From NCBI GenBank assembly GCA_025352905.1, contig JANXRX010000071.1, positions 1 to 57,975 on the forward strand: 57,975 nucleotides of DNA, in the 5' to 3' direction. This stretch comes from Bacteroidota bacterium (GTDB lineage Bacteria > Bacteroidota > Bacteroidia > Chitinophagales > Chitinophagaceae). Shown here one piece after another: positions 1-10,079 of the stretch (position 1 is its first letter; each line of letters begins with the position of its first letter). The position numbers and the translations under genes are program-made. The notes beneath the pieces were generated by a model, which ran no database searches, was not told where the DNA came from, and was given only the letters and a program-made list of their open reading frames with translations.

Positions 1-1
1 T

Positions 2-421
2 AAAGACACCACTCTCCTGAATAAGGTGAAAGCTATCTGGGGACTTTATAGTAAAATGGCTGCACAAGCAGGCCCCGAAACACCCAAAGCAATCGATTCG
101 ATCTTTGCTGTTATAAAAAAAGATGTTGATAAAATCAGGTCCCGCGGAGGAACCGTATTATTTGTGAGAAGCCCATCGAGCGGACCTTATCGCCAGGGTG
201 AAAAAATGTTTTTTCCACGTGAAAAACTTTGGAACAGGATACTATCTACCACCGGGGCACCGGGAATACATTTTGAAGATTACCCGTCCCTTGCTCAGTT
301 TCAATGTCCGGAGTTCTCCCATCTTACTCCTTCAGACGCGGTCGTATATACCAAAAACCTGATCGCCGTTATTGAGCAGGAAAAGCTGTTGCCGTTTCCG
401 AATAAAACCACATCAAAATAA
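2..421 (+). CDS. C-terminal part of a probable SGNH/AlgJ/DltD-like extracytoplasmic partner of the MBOAT acyltransferase (5'-truncated)
   Basis: Frame is open from base 2. Late 'CPEFSHL' resembles the acid-x-x-His block of SGNH proteins. Lies 30 bp upstream of an AlgI-like MBOAT gene. Confidence 0.5.
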   Translation, partial: KDTTLLNKVKAIWGLYSKMAAQAGPETPKAIDSIFAVIKKDVDKIRSRGGTVLFVRSPSSGPYRQGEKMFFPREKLWNRILSTTGAPGIHFEDYPSLAQFQCPEFSHLTPSDAVVYTKNLIAVIEQEKLLPFPNKTTSK

Positions 422-451
422 AATTACTTCTAACAATACAAACCTGCTAAT

Positions 452-1945
452 ATGGTTTTCAATTCCTATACATTCGTCGTTTTTTTTCTGCTGATACTTT
501 CTCTTTATAATTTGCCCATATCGTGGAAGGCGAGAAAAGTAATTTTGCTATTGGGAAGTTACCTGTTTTATGCGGCATGGAACCCGCCATTTATTTTATT
601 GTTGTGGCTGTCTACCGTCGTTGATTTTTTTGTGGGCCGTGCTCTATACACACAGGAAAACAAGCACAAGAAAAAATTGTTGCTGGTGATCAGTCTTATC
701 GGCAACCTGGGTATGTTATGCTTTTTTAAATACGGCGGTTTTTTGCTCGATAATTTTGTCCTTCTTTCCAACGCTATCGGGCTCCACTTTCACCCGGCCA
801 AGCCTAATATCATACTGCCTGCCGGTATTTCGTTTTATACGTTTACCACGCTTTGTTATACGATTGACATGTATAAAAAAGAAAGCAAGCCAGTAAAAAA
901 GTTTTTAGACTTTTCGCTCTTCGTTACTTTTTTCCCGCACCTCGTAGCCGGTCCTATTGTTCGTCCGCCGCAATTGGTACCACAGTTTGAATCGCCAAAA
1001 AAGGCAACACAGCAACAGATGTTGCAGGGGTTGTTTTTATTGTCTCTGGGACTATTTATGAAAGTGGTGCTGGCAGACAGTATGCTGGCCTCCCCTGCAG
1101 ATACGGTGTTCAGTTCCCACCAGCCCTTACATTCGCTGGATGCATGGATGGGGCTGCTTGCTTTTTCGGGACAGATCTTTTTTGATTTCGCCGGCTATTC
1201 TACCTGTGCAATTGGTGTAGCCGCCTGTTTGGGTTTTGTTTTGCCTGAAAATTTTAAATACCCCTATGCCGCAACGGGATTTTCCGATTTCTGGAGAAGA
1301 TGGCATATCACCTTATCATCCTGGCTTCGCGATTACCTCTACATACCCCTTGGCGGAAACAGGAAGGGCGTGGTGCGTACTTATATCAACCTTATGATCA
1401 CCATGTTACTGGGTGGCTTATGGCATGGCGCCAACTGGACATTTGTGGTTTGGGGCGCCTTGCACGGGCTATACCTCTGTATAGAAAAACTGGTGCAGGA
1501 TTTTAGTAAACGTAAATGGCAATTAGCTGCGGCTATGCCTGATATTGCGGTGCAGCCTGTTATGCAAAGCGGGTTTTCGTTTTCAACCGGGATACAAAAG
1601 ATCATCCCGGCGGGTTTTCTCAAGGCGTTGTTTGTTTTTTTCCTGGTGAATGTAACCTGGGTCTTTTTCAGGGCGCCTGATTTCACTTCTGCATGGCGTT
1701 TATTGGTTTCCCTGTTTTCGCATGTTCCTGCGGGGGCCGTATTACTATCTAATTTCAGCATTCTTTGTGTGATTGTGATCATCACCGGTATGCTGCTCTT
1801 TCACTGGCGTATGCGAAATACCAGTGTGCTGGCAGTCATTGCCAAAATGCCCACCTGGCTGCTGGGCGCTGTCTGGGCGCTGATCGTTGTTTTATTGATA
1901 TTGAGCCAGGAAAGCAGCAGTTCGTTTATCTATTTTCAGTTCTGA
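452..1945 (+). CDS. MBOAT family O-acyltransferase (AlgI/PatA/DltB-like)
   Basis: Motifs LPAGISFYTF, FFPHLVAGPIVRP, DFWRRWHITLSSWLRDYLYIPLGGNR, GLWHGA and C-terminal FIYFQF. Confidence 0.93.
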   Translation: MVFNSYTFVVFFLLILSLYNLPISWKARKVILLLGSYLFYAAWNPPFILLLWLSTVVDFFVGRALYTQENKHKKKLLLVISLIGNLGMLCFFKYGGFLLDNFVLLSNAIGLHFHPAKPNIILPAGISFYTFTTLCYTIDMYKKESKPVKKFLDFSLFVTFFPHLVAGPIVRPPQLVPQFESPKKATQQQMLQGLFLLSLGLFMKVVLADSMLASPADTVFSSHQPLHSLDAWMGLLAFSGQIFFDFAGYSTCAIGVAACLGFVLPENFKYPYAATGFSDFWRRWHITLSSWLRDYLYIPLGGNRKGVVRTYINLMITMLLGGLWHGANWTFVVWGALHGLYLCIEKLVQDFSKRKWQLAAAMPDIAVQPVMQSGFSFSTGIQKIIPAGFLKALFVFFLVNVTWVFFRAPDFTSAWRLLVSLFSHVPAGAVLLSNFSILCVIVIITGMLLFHWRMRNTSVLAVIAKMPTWLLGAVWALIVVLLILSQESSSSFIYFQF

Positions 1946-2083
1946 TAAACAGGGCGTTCCTATTGCTTTTCCGGATAAAAAGCGTACATTTTGTATCCGC
2001 TATTGCCTGGCTATATAAGAAACACGGCTTTCTTCGCAGATTTATTTTAGTGACCCTCTATTCATCACGCTAAATTAATATGT

Positions 2084-2524
2084 ATGAAAACCGAGATCTC
2101 CTCTTACCGTTACCCGCTGTCTACCCGTGGTATTCTTGGCGGATTGTTTGTTGGCATCGGTGCAACAGTTGTCAACCTTATTTTTGATATCATTTACCGA
2201 AATATTACCGGCTACCAGTTTTCTGAATACATCAATATCAATTCCATCATTTTCTTTACCATTCCCACACTCGTGGTGGGTGGTATTGTATATTCTATTC
2301 TCCTGGAATATCTTAAGAAGGGGATGGCCGTGTATATTGTTCTGTGCATCCTGCTAACAATCATTGCTGCCTTTGTTCCGCTAGGGCCCAATATGCTGCC
2401 CACCGGTAAACCCATGCCACCCAGCGCCAGGGGACTTACCATGGGTATAGAGATCATTACCGGTTTATTCGGCACTTTTGCATTGCCGTATTTTGCGAGG
2501 CATGAAGAGGTTTGGGGGGAGTAA
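2084..2524 (+). CDS. Hypothetical integral membrane protein (about 4 TM)
   Basis: 146-aa ORF with four hydrophobic segments and an AT-rich start context. Confidence 0.7.
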   Translation: MKTEISSYRYPLSTRGILGGLFVGIGATVVNLIFDIIYRNITGYQFSEYININSIIFFTIPTLVVGGIVYSILLEYLKKGMAVYIVLCILLTIIAAFVPLGPNMLPTGKPMPPSARGLTMGIEIITGLFGTFALPYFARHEEVWGE

Positions 2525-2722
2525 AGAGTGGTTTTCGGCGACCAAGGCCAAAAAAAGATCGACAAAATTGCTGTTAGTATGAATATTTATTTAATATTGT
2601 TCCCACAAGTCCAGTAATTCTATCCCCCGGCGTTTTTGCTTTTTAGTTTTGTAAGACCTGTAATTGAGAGCCTTATTATCAGTGGCACTGATCACTGCAT
2701 CCTGTTGCTATAAAAAAAAATT

Positions 2723-5700
2723 ATGAGACCTTGTTTACTCCTGTTTATTTTTTTATTGTCCTGTACGATAGGTTTTACCCAACAACCTACTATCAGCTCT
2801 TTCACACCAACCGCAGGATTTGAGGGAGGCACCCTTACCATTACCGGTACTAATTTTACAGGAGCAACGGCGGTATATATTGGCGCAACAGCGGCAGCAT
2901 CATTTACCGTATTATCTTCAACTACTTTAACGGCTGTAATAGGAGCGGGTTCAGTAGGACCCATTGGTGTAATCACACCGGGTGGAACCGCTATGCTTGG
3001 TTTATTTATCTATATGCTGTCGCGGCCAACAATTGTTTCTTTTACCCCTTTATCGGCAACAGCAGGTCAAACGGTCGTTGTTACAGGCACCCATCTTACC
3101 CAGACAACAGCGGTGAGTTTTGGCGGATTATCGGCGGCTTCTTTCAGTGCCCTGTCTTCCACTACTTTAACTGCTGTGGTGCCATTGGGCACTACCGGCG
3201 ACCTTAGTATTACCACGATCGGGGGAACCGTTGCATTTTCGGGGTTTACTTATATTCCACCTTCTCCGCCAACGATCACTTCTTTTACGCCTACATCAGG
3301 CGGAACAGGAACAGCTGTTACTATTACCGGTACTAATCTCTTCGGCACAACGGCACTGAGTTTTGGCGGAACAGCGGCAGCTTCCTTTACTGTTTTCTCC
3401 TCAACCTCTGTACAGGCAATCATAGCTTCGGGTACTACCGGTGATTTAGCTGTTACAGCCGCTGGCGGATCAACCGCATTTTCTGGATTTACGTTTGTAC
3501 CGCTTCCTGTAATAGCTTCTTTTACACCGGCTTCCGCCATCACCGGTACAACTATTACGATTACAGGTACCAATCTTTCCGGCGCCACTGCGGTTAGCTT
3601 TGGCGGAACAGCGGCGGCTTCCTTTACGGTATTATCATCTACCTCTGTAACCGCGGTGGTGGGAGCAGGCGCCAGTGGAAGCATAAATATTACTACAGCG
3701 GGCGGAACCGGGGCACGTTCCGGATTTGGGTATATACCTCCACCACCCACCCTTACTTCTTTTTCACCAACATCGGCAGCAACCGGGGCAACTGTTTCTA
3801 TTACAGGCACTAACTTCACCGGCGCTACCGCAGTTAGCTTTGGTGGAACGGCAGCAACTTCTTTTAGTGTTGTATCCTCAACTTCCTTAATAGCAGTGGT
3901 TGCTTCGGGAGCATCCGGAAGTATCAATATAACCACTGCGGGCGGAACAGTGGGCCTTTCAGGATTTACGTATATCCTTTCACCCCCTACGATTACTTCT
4001 TTTACGCCTTTATCAGCAGTACCGGGGGCTTCCGTTACGATAACGGGTTCGAATTTTAATACAACAACAACCAATAATATTGTTTTCTTTGGCGCAACCC
4101 GCGCTACCATTACCGCAGCAACAACAAGCAGCCTCACGGTAACGGTTCCCGCAGGGGCTACATATGGGCCGGTTACTGTGCTTAATGCCACCACTTATTT
4201 ATCGGTTGCCAGTTCTGCCAGCTTTATCCCGGTTTTCAGCATCGGCACCAGCAGTGGTATCGCCGCCAGTGATTTTGCAGCTAAAAAAGATACTTCTACC
4301 GCAGGTGTTAATCCTACAAATATTTTAACGGGTGATCTTGATGGTGATGGCAAACCGGACCTGGTCATTATCAATTCTGATAACAGCAATATTGCCCTAT
4401 TCCTTAATACAAGCACAACGAGCACGATCAGTTTTGCCAGCCCCGTGATTATTTCTTCTGCCACCAATCCTTTTGCAGGCGCATTGGGCGACCTTGACGG
4501 CGATGGTAAGCTTGATCTTGCCGTAACGGAATTAAACAGCAATAACATAAATATTCTGCTGAATAAAAGTACCGTTGGTGTTTTAAATATGGGTCCTGCC
4601 AGTTATGGCAGCGGTCCTTTCACCGGTAATATTTTTGTTGCATCGGGTAGTCGCCCGATAGGTGTTAACATAGCAGATATAGATAATGATGGCAGGCCCG
4701 ATCTGGTTGTCAGCAATACCAATTCCAACACTGCGTCCATTTTCCGGAATACCGGATCATCAGGCGGGCAATTGAGTTTTGCCGCAAGTGTCGATCTTGT
4801 TACCGGCACTTCGGTTGGCCCCTTTTTGATGCAGGTAGGAGATCTTGATGGGGATGGTAAACCAGACCTGGCAATAGGTGAGCAAGGCACCAATACCTCC
4901 ATCGCTGTTTTCCGTAATACGAGTACCGCTGGTGCTATCAGTTTTGCTGCCAGGGCGGATATCGCGGTTGGATCAGCGCCATGGGGATTGGTAATGGGTG
5001 ATTTAGATGGGGATGGCAAACCCGATCTGGCGGTTGCGAGTTACACTTCGAACACAATTTCTTTTTTCCGAAATATTTCTTTCATTGGCACTATTGCTTT
5101 TGCAGCTAAAACCGATATAGCAACAGCTAATCCATCTTATACTTTTGCGATCACTGATCTGGATGGTGATGGCAAGCCTGACCTCGCTGTTCCCAATTAT
5201 ACTTCCAGCTCTTTATCTATTTTTAGAAATACCAGCAGCCCGGGCACAATCACATTCGCCACCAGTTTCAGCCTTACTGCAAACAATAGCCCCGCCAATG
5301 TTACCGCAGCTGATTTCAATGGGGATGGAAAACCCGACCTGGCCGTTGCCAGCCGGCCTCCCAGTGGTAATAATACTTTCTCGATATACATGAACCAGGT
5401 GAAAGTACCGAAACTCACAGCGTTTACGCCGGCTTCTGCGGCCCAAAATGATACCGTGTTAATCAGGGGCAGTAACCTAACCGGTACTACCATCGTTAGT
5501 TTTGGAGGAACCGCTGCACTTTCCTTTACAATAAAGAATGACACTTTACTAGCAGCAAAAGTTGGTGCTGGATCTACCGGTAGTATCAGCGTTACAACAC
5601 CCGGTGGTACCGCTGCGCTTACTGGATTTACTTTTTTACCTCCGCCTACCGTTGCTTCTTTTACCCCTTTATCCGGCACAACCGGCACGGTCATCAGGGT

Positions 5701-8700
5701 TACCGGTACCAATTTTGCCGGCGTATCCGCAGTAAGCATTGGCGGAACTGCGGCAGTTTCCTTTACCGTTCTGTCCTCAACTACTTTAACTGCGATCGTT
5801 GGTTCAGGTGCTACCGGAAGCGTTAGTATCACCACTACCGGTGGAACTGCCGGGCTTTCTGGATTCACCTATATTGTTACCGCTGCACCAACTATTTCTT
5901 CCTTTACCCCTTTATCTGCCACAACGGGTACGAATGTTATCATTACCGGTACCAATCTTTCCAGTATAATGGCCGTGAGCTTTGGGGGAACGGCAGCAGC
6001 TTCTTTCACTGTTTTTTCTTCAACCTCTTTAACCGCGGTGGTAGCCTCTGGTTCTACCGGAAGTGTTAGTATTACCACGGCCGGGGGAACAGTGTCTCTT
6101 TCCGGGTTTACCTATGTGCTTAGTCCGCCAACGGTTGCTTCATTTACCCCATTGTCTGCAACAACCGGCGCTACCATTACGGTTACCGGTTCAAATTTTG
6201 CGGATGTAACGGCAGTGAGCATTGGCGGAACAGCGGCTGTCACGTTCACAGTTCTGTCCTCAACTACTTTAACCGCTGTTGTGGGATCAGGCTCCAGTGG
6301 ATTCATAAACATTACAACAGCCGGGGGAACCTCAGGGCTATCAGGCTTTACTTATTTTGCTGCGCCTGTTATTACATCATTCACTCCTTTATCAGCAACA
6401 ACCGGGGCCACTGTTATCATAGCCGGTTCTAATTTTAATACAACCGCCGCAAATAATATTGTTTTCTTTGGCGCCACCCGGGCTACGGTTACAAACGCAA
6501 GTTCAGGCGGCATTACCGTAACCGTTCCATCGGGCGCAACGTATGCACCGATCACCGTATTGAATGCCGATTTATACTTATCCGGCGCCAGTGCTGCCAG
6601 TTTTGTACCAGTGTTCAGTCCTAAGGGCAGTGGTATTGCCGCTACTGATTTTGCGGCAAGAAAGGATACCTCTTCCGGGGGTACAAACCCTACCAATGTA
6701 TTAACGGGTGATCTTGACGGAGATGGTAAACCGGACCTGATAATTATCAATTCCGACAACAGCAATATTGCTTTCTTCCTGAATACCAGTACAACGGGCG
6801 CAATCAGTTTTGCGAAGCCGGTAATTGTTTCTTCAGGTACCAATCCTTTTGCCGGCGCATTAGGCGACCTGGATGGTGATGGCAAACTGGACCTGGCAGT
6901 AACAGAATTAGGCAGCAGTAACATTAATATTCTGCTTAATAAAAGTACCGTTGGCGTTTTAAATATAGGACCCTCATCTTATGGCAGCGGTCAATTAAAA
7001 GGAAATATTTCTGTTACCGTTGGCAATCGGCCTATCGGTGTTTCCATCGCGGATATAGATGGAGACGGCAGGCCTGATATGGTAGTGACAAACACCAACT
7101 CCAATACAGTGTCTGTTCTACGCAATGCCGGAACAACTCCAGGCGGGCAATTGAGTTTTTACCCAAGTGTAGATCTGGTTACAGGTACTACTGTTGGGCC
7201 ATTTTCCGTACAGGTAGGTGATATAGATGGGGATGGCAAACCGGATTTAGCCATTGCTTATCAATTTACAAACACTTATATCTCTGTTTATCGCAATACC
7301 AGTACTATCGGCAATATCAATTTTGGCAGCAAGATTGAGATCCAGGCAGGGTCAACACCATGGGGTCTGCTAATGGGGGATATAGACGGGGATGGTAAAC
7401 CAGACCTGACAGTAGCCAGCTACACTTCCAATACAGTATCTGTATTCCGCAATACTTCTTCCACCGGAAGTATCAGTTTCGCTCCTAAAACAGATCTGGC
7501 GGTTACCAACCCGTCGTATACTTTTTCAATCGCGGATCTCGATGGGGATGGCAAACCCGATCTTGTTCTCACCAATTATACATCCAGTTCATTATCTATT
7601 CTTCGTAATACCAGTACTGCGGGAACCATCTCATTCGCTCCAAATGTGATCCTGGCTTCGGGTAATAGTCCAGGCAGTGTTGTTGCAGCAGATCTAAATG
7701 GAGATGGACGGCCCGACCTGGTGGTAACCAACCGGCCACCTTTGGGTGATAATACTTTCTCTATATTCATGAACCGGGCAAGCGTGCCTAAACTCTTAAG
7801 TTTCTCCCCGGCTTCCGGAGTACAAAATGACACGATATCTATTAAAGGGCGCAATTTAACAGGCACATCTGCTGTTAGTTTTGGCGGAGTTAATGCGGTA
7901 TCCTTTATCGTGTTGAACGATACAACAATAAATGCTATACTGGGTTCTGGCAGTTCCGGTTATGTAACCATAAAGAAAAGCAGTGGGGCTGATTCAGCAG
8001 CTGGCTTTACCTATGGCGCACCTGAACTATTTCTCACCGTTCCCGGCAGGAGCAGTATGGTATTTGGTTCTTTCTTTGGCGCCTATTCGACCCTGCAGGA
8101 TTTTTCCATCTCAGGTAAACGATTGATTGGCAATGTTACGATTACGCTTGCCGGCGCTCATTCAACCACTTCTTTGCTGAAGTTTACGATTTCTCCAAAT
8201 ACCACAGATAGTAGTTTCAGCGGTACCTATACAATCGCTCCAAAAAATAATGGGCTTGACTCAACAAAAATTAATGTACGCTACAGGGCCAATATAGTAG
8301 GAACCTTTATAGATACCATCCTTATTTCCTCTCCTAAAGCGGTAACCCGTATGATACAGGTAAGCGGAAGCAGCTGCGATTCTACGATCTTATTAACGCC
8401 GCTGATAAATAATTTTACCAAAGACACAACAGTTTGTATAAAGGATTCCATTGTACTTAAACCCATAATCAATTATAACTTCTACAGGTGGAGTACAACC
8501 GATACCAGCCGGAGCATTACGATAAAAGCATCCGATGCGTTTACGTTACAGGTGGCGATCACACCGGGCTGTTATTCGCTTTCTTCGGCAGTATTGAAAG
8601 TGATTAAAAATCTTAATCCTGTTCCTGTATTGGCCTTAGCGGGCGAAACCACCCTGGTCAGTTCCAATGCGGCTAATTACAGATGGTATTATAATAATTC

Positions 8701-9100
8701 GCTTGTGGCAGGTAATACAAGCAATACCCTTGTTGCCAATAAGATCGGCTTTTACGCGGTGGAAACCAGTTTGGATAAGGTTTGCTGGAACCTTTCCAAT
8801 GATTTCCCGATTGTATTTATCAGTGCACCGCTGGTGAATGATTCGATAAGTATCAAAGCCTATCCGAATCCTTCTACATCAGGAACCTTTAATATAGTGG
8901 CTACTTTGCAAAGACCTACCAATGTAGTGGCCAAAGTAACGGTTACGGATGTAAACGGTGTGGTGTTGCTGCAAACCAACAAATTCATCTTCTTCGGCAG
9001 AGAGATCAAAATACCGATCACCCTTACCGCGAAGGGAACTGTGTTTGCCAAACTGGATGTGAATGGAGATATAAAAACCGTAACGGTTATTCTACAATAG
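2723..9100 (+). CDS. Giant secreted surface protein: 12 IPT/TIG domains, 2 x 7 FG-GAP/VCBS repeats, T9SS type-A-like C-terminal domain
   Basis: Signal peptide; 12 'P.I.SFTP.S..G..V.I.G.NF' repeats; 14 D(L/I/F)(D/N)GDG(K/R)xD-type motifs; C-terminal 'ISIKAYPNP...KTVTVILQ'. Confidence 0.9.
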   Translation: MRPCLLLFIFLLSCTIGFTQQPTISSFTPTAGFEGGTLTITGTNFTGATAVYIGATAAASFTVLSSTTLTAVIGAGSVGPIGVITPGGTAMLGLFIYMLSRPTIVSFTPLSATAGQTVVVTGTHLTQTTAVSFGGLSAASFSALSSTTLTAVVPLGTTGDLSITTIGGTVAFSGFTYIPPSPPTITSFTPTSGGTGTAVTITGTNLFGTTALSFGGTAAASFTVFSSTSVQAIIASGTTGDLAVTAAGGSTAFSGFTFVPLPVIASFTPASAITGTTITITGTNLSGATAVSFGGTAAASFTVLSSTSVTAVVGAGASGSINITTAGGTGARSGFGYIPPPPTLTSFSPTSAATGATVSITGTNFTGATAVSFGGTAATSFSVVSSTSLIAVVASGASGSINITTAGGTVGLSGFTYILSPPTITSFTPLSAVPGASVTITGSNFNTTTTNNIVFFGATRATITAATTSSLTVTVPAGATYGPVTVLNATTYLSVASSASFIPVFSIGTSSGIAASDFAAKKDTSTAGVNPTNILTGDLDGDGKPDLVIINSDNSNIALFLNTSTTSTISFASPVIISSATNPFAGALGDLDGDGKLDLAVTELNSNNINILLNKSTVGVLNMGPASYGSGPFTGNIFVASGSRPIGVNIADIDNDGRPDLVVSNTNSNTASIFRNTGSSGGQLSFAASVDLVTGTSVGPFLMQVGDLDGDGKPDLAIGEQGTNTSIAVFRNTSTAGAISFAARADIAVGSAPWGLVMGDLDGDGKPDLAVASYTSNTISFFRNISFIGTIAFAAKTDIATANPSYTFAITDLDGDGKPDLAVPNYTSSSLSIFRNTSSPGTITFATSFSLTANNSPANVTAADFNGDGKPDLAVASRPPSGNNTFSIYMNQVKVPKLTAFTPASAAQNDTVLIRGSNLTGTTIVSFGGTAALSFTIKNDTLLAAKVGAGSTGSISVTTPGGTAALTGFTFLPPPTVASFTPLSGTTGTVIRVTGTNFAGVSAVSIGGTAAVSFTVLSSTTLTAIVGSGATGSVSITTTGGTAGLSGFTYIVTAAPTISSFTPLSATTGTNVIITGTNLSSIMAVSFGGTAAASFTVFSSTSLTAVVASGSTGSVSITTAGGTVSLSGFTYVLSPPTVASFTPLSATTGATITVTGSNFADVTAVSIGGTAAVTFTVLSSTTLTAVVGSGSSGFINITTAGGTSGLSGFTYFAAPVITSFTPLSATTGATVIIAGSNFNTTAANNIVFFGATRATVTNASSGGITVTVPSGATYAPITVLNADLYLSGASAASFVPVFSPKGSGIAATDFAARKDTSSGGTNPTNVLTGDLDGDGKPDLIIINSDNSNIAFFLNTSTTGAISFAKPVIVSSGTNPFAGALGDLDGDGKLDLAVTELGSSNINILLNKSTVGVLNIGPSSYGSGQLKGNISVTVGNRPIGVSIADIDGDGRPDMVVTNTNSNTVSVLRNAGTTPGGQLSFYPSVDLVTGTTVGPFSVQVGDIDGDGKPDLAIAYQFTNTYISVYRNTSTIGNINFGSKIEIQAGSTPWGLLMGDIDGDGKPDLTVASYTSNTVSVFRNTSSTGSISFAPKTDLAVTNPSYTFSIADLDGDGKPDLVLTNYTSSSLSILRNTSTAGTISFAPNVILASGNSPGSVVAADLNGDGRPDLVVTNRPPLGDNTFSIFMNRASVPKLLSFSPASGVQNDTISIKGRNLTGTSAVSFGGVNAVSFIVLNDTTINAILGSGSSGYVTIKKSSGADSAAGFTYGAPELFLTVPGRSSMVFGSFFGAYSTLQDFSISGKRLIGNVTITLAGAHSTTSLLKFTISPNTTDSSFSGTYTIAPKNNGLDSTKINVRYRANIVGTFIDTILISSPKAVTRMIQVSGSSCDSTILLTPLINNFTKDTTVCIKDSIVLKPIINYNFYRWSTTDTSRSITIKASDAFTLQVAITPGCYSLSSAVLKVIKNLNPVPVLALAGETTLVSSNAANYRWYYNNSLVAGNTSNTLVANKIGFYAVETSLDKVCWNLSNDFPIVFISAPLVNDSISIKAYPNPSTSGTFNIVATLQRPTNVVAKVTVTDVNGVVLLQTNKFIFFGREIKIPITLTAKGTVFAKLDVNGDIKTVTVILQ

Positions 9101-9114
9101 TAAAGTAACACAAG

Positions 9115-9999
9115 ATGACAAGGAAGTATTTCAATATTTGTATATTTTTTTTAGCGGGTGTTCTGCTATTTGGCGGGTGTCAGAAGGGATCCGATTCATC
9201 GGCTACCCCTACGCCAACGCCTACCCCAACTACCCCAACCACAACCGTAAAGACCTGTATCATCTCAGGTGTATCGCAGCGTAACAGCGGGGCAAAGGCC
9301 GAGTTTGCCATTACGGTTTCCTATGATGCCAACCTGAGTACCACGAAGATTTCTGTGTATGACAGCGCCAGCAATGCCAACATTTATTCTACTTCTTTTA
9401 CCTATGCTGCAGCAGATTCTATACGGTTAGACCAGTATGAGTATATGAAACTTGATGCCAATAAACGGGTGGTACTTTTTATCACAAAATCGGATATGTC
9501 TGACCCGGTAAATTCGGATAATTACCGTTATGAATATATTTATAATACAGGCGGGTATCTCATTACCAAAAACCTCTACGTTAATGGATCTGCCATTGCC
9601 AATTATGCTACATCGTATACATATACCAATAACCTCCTCACCAGTTGTATAATGTCAGCGCCCAGTTCCGGCGGCCTCAAAGTACTGGATGCCACGCTTA
9701 CCTATGATGTTACCTTGTCACCAAAGACAATGATCTATACTTTCCCCGATGCTTTTGAAAGCTATTATTTCACTGCCGCATTAAATTTCGGAAGCCGTCC
9801 AGCTAACCCCTTAACGCGGGTGGTTACCAGGTTATATAATCCCGGCAGTGGCGCCTTGCTGGATACCTGGACCACCAACTACAGTGGCTATACCATAGAT
9901 GCCAATGGTTATCTCTCCGCCGGCACCGCCGCAGGAGATCTCCAGCAGGGTATGGCTTCTTTTTATGGAAAAACGTATTTCACGTATCAGTGCCAGTAG
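9115..9999 (+). CDS. Putative lipoprotein with Pro/Thr linker and Tyr-rich beta-strand domain
   Basis: Lipobox-like LLFGGC, then TPTPTPTPTTPTTT; starts 14 bp after the giant gene. Confidence 0.75.
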   Translation: MTRKYFNICIFFLAGVLLFGGCQKGSDSSATPTPTPTPTTPTTTVKTCIISGVSQRNSGAKAEFAITVSYDANLSTTKISVYDSASNANIYSTSFTYAAADSIRLDQYEYMKLDANKRVVLFITKSDMSDPVNSDNYRYEYIYNTGGYLITKNLYVNGSAIANYATSYTYTNNLLTSCIMSAPSSGGLKVLDATLTYDVTLSPKTMIYTFPDAFESYYFTAALNFGSRPANPLTRVVTRLYNPGSGALLDTWTTNYSGYTIDANGYLSAGTAAGDLQQGMASFYGKTYFTYQCQ

Positions 10000-10014
10000 G
10001 AAGAGGCGTGTGTG

Positions 10015-10066
10015 ATAAGGCGTAAGGGATAAGTAAAAAACAATCTACTTACCCCTTACGCCTTAT
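10015..10066. terminator. Inverted repeat between convergent genes, probable bidirectional terminator built from heptamer-like repeats
   Basis: ataaggcgtaagggataagta ... tacttaccccttacgccttat. Confidence 0.6.
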
Positions 10067-10079
10067 GACTTTGACCTTC

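Noticed and set aside
2712-2754. A9 run before and T7 run within the start of the giant gene as phase-variation tracts
   Set aside because: A-rich initiation regions are normal in Bacteroidota, short T runs are expected in Phe/Leu codons, and the frame is intact.
2692-7866. Many long minus-strand ORFs (up to 314 aa) opposite the giant gene
   Set aside because: Shadow frames produced by Thr/Ser/Gly/Ala-rich repetitive codons; they mirror the repeats and have no independent motifs.
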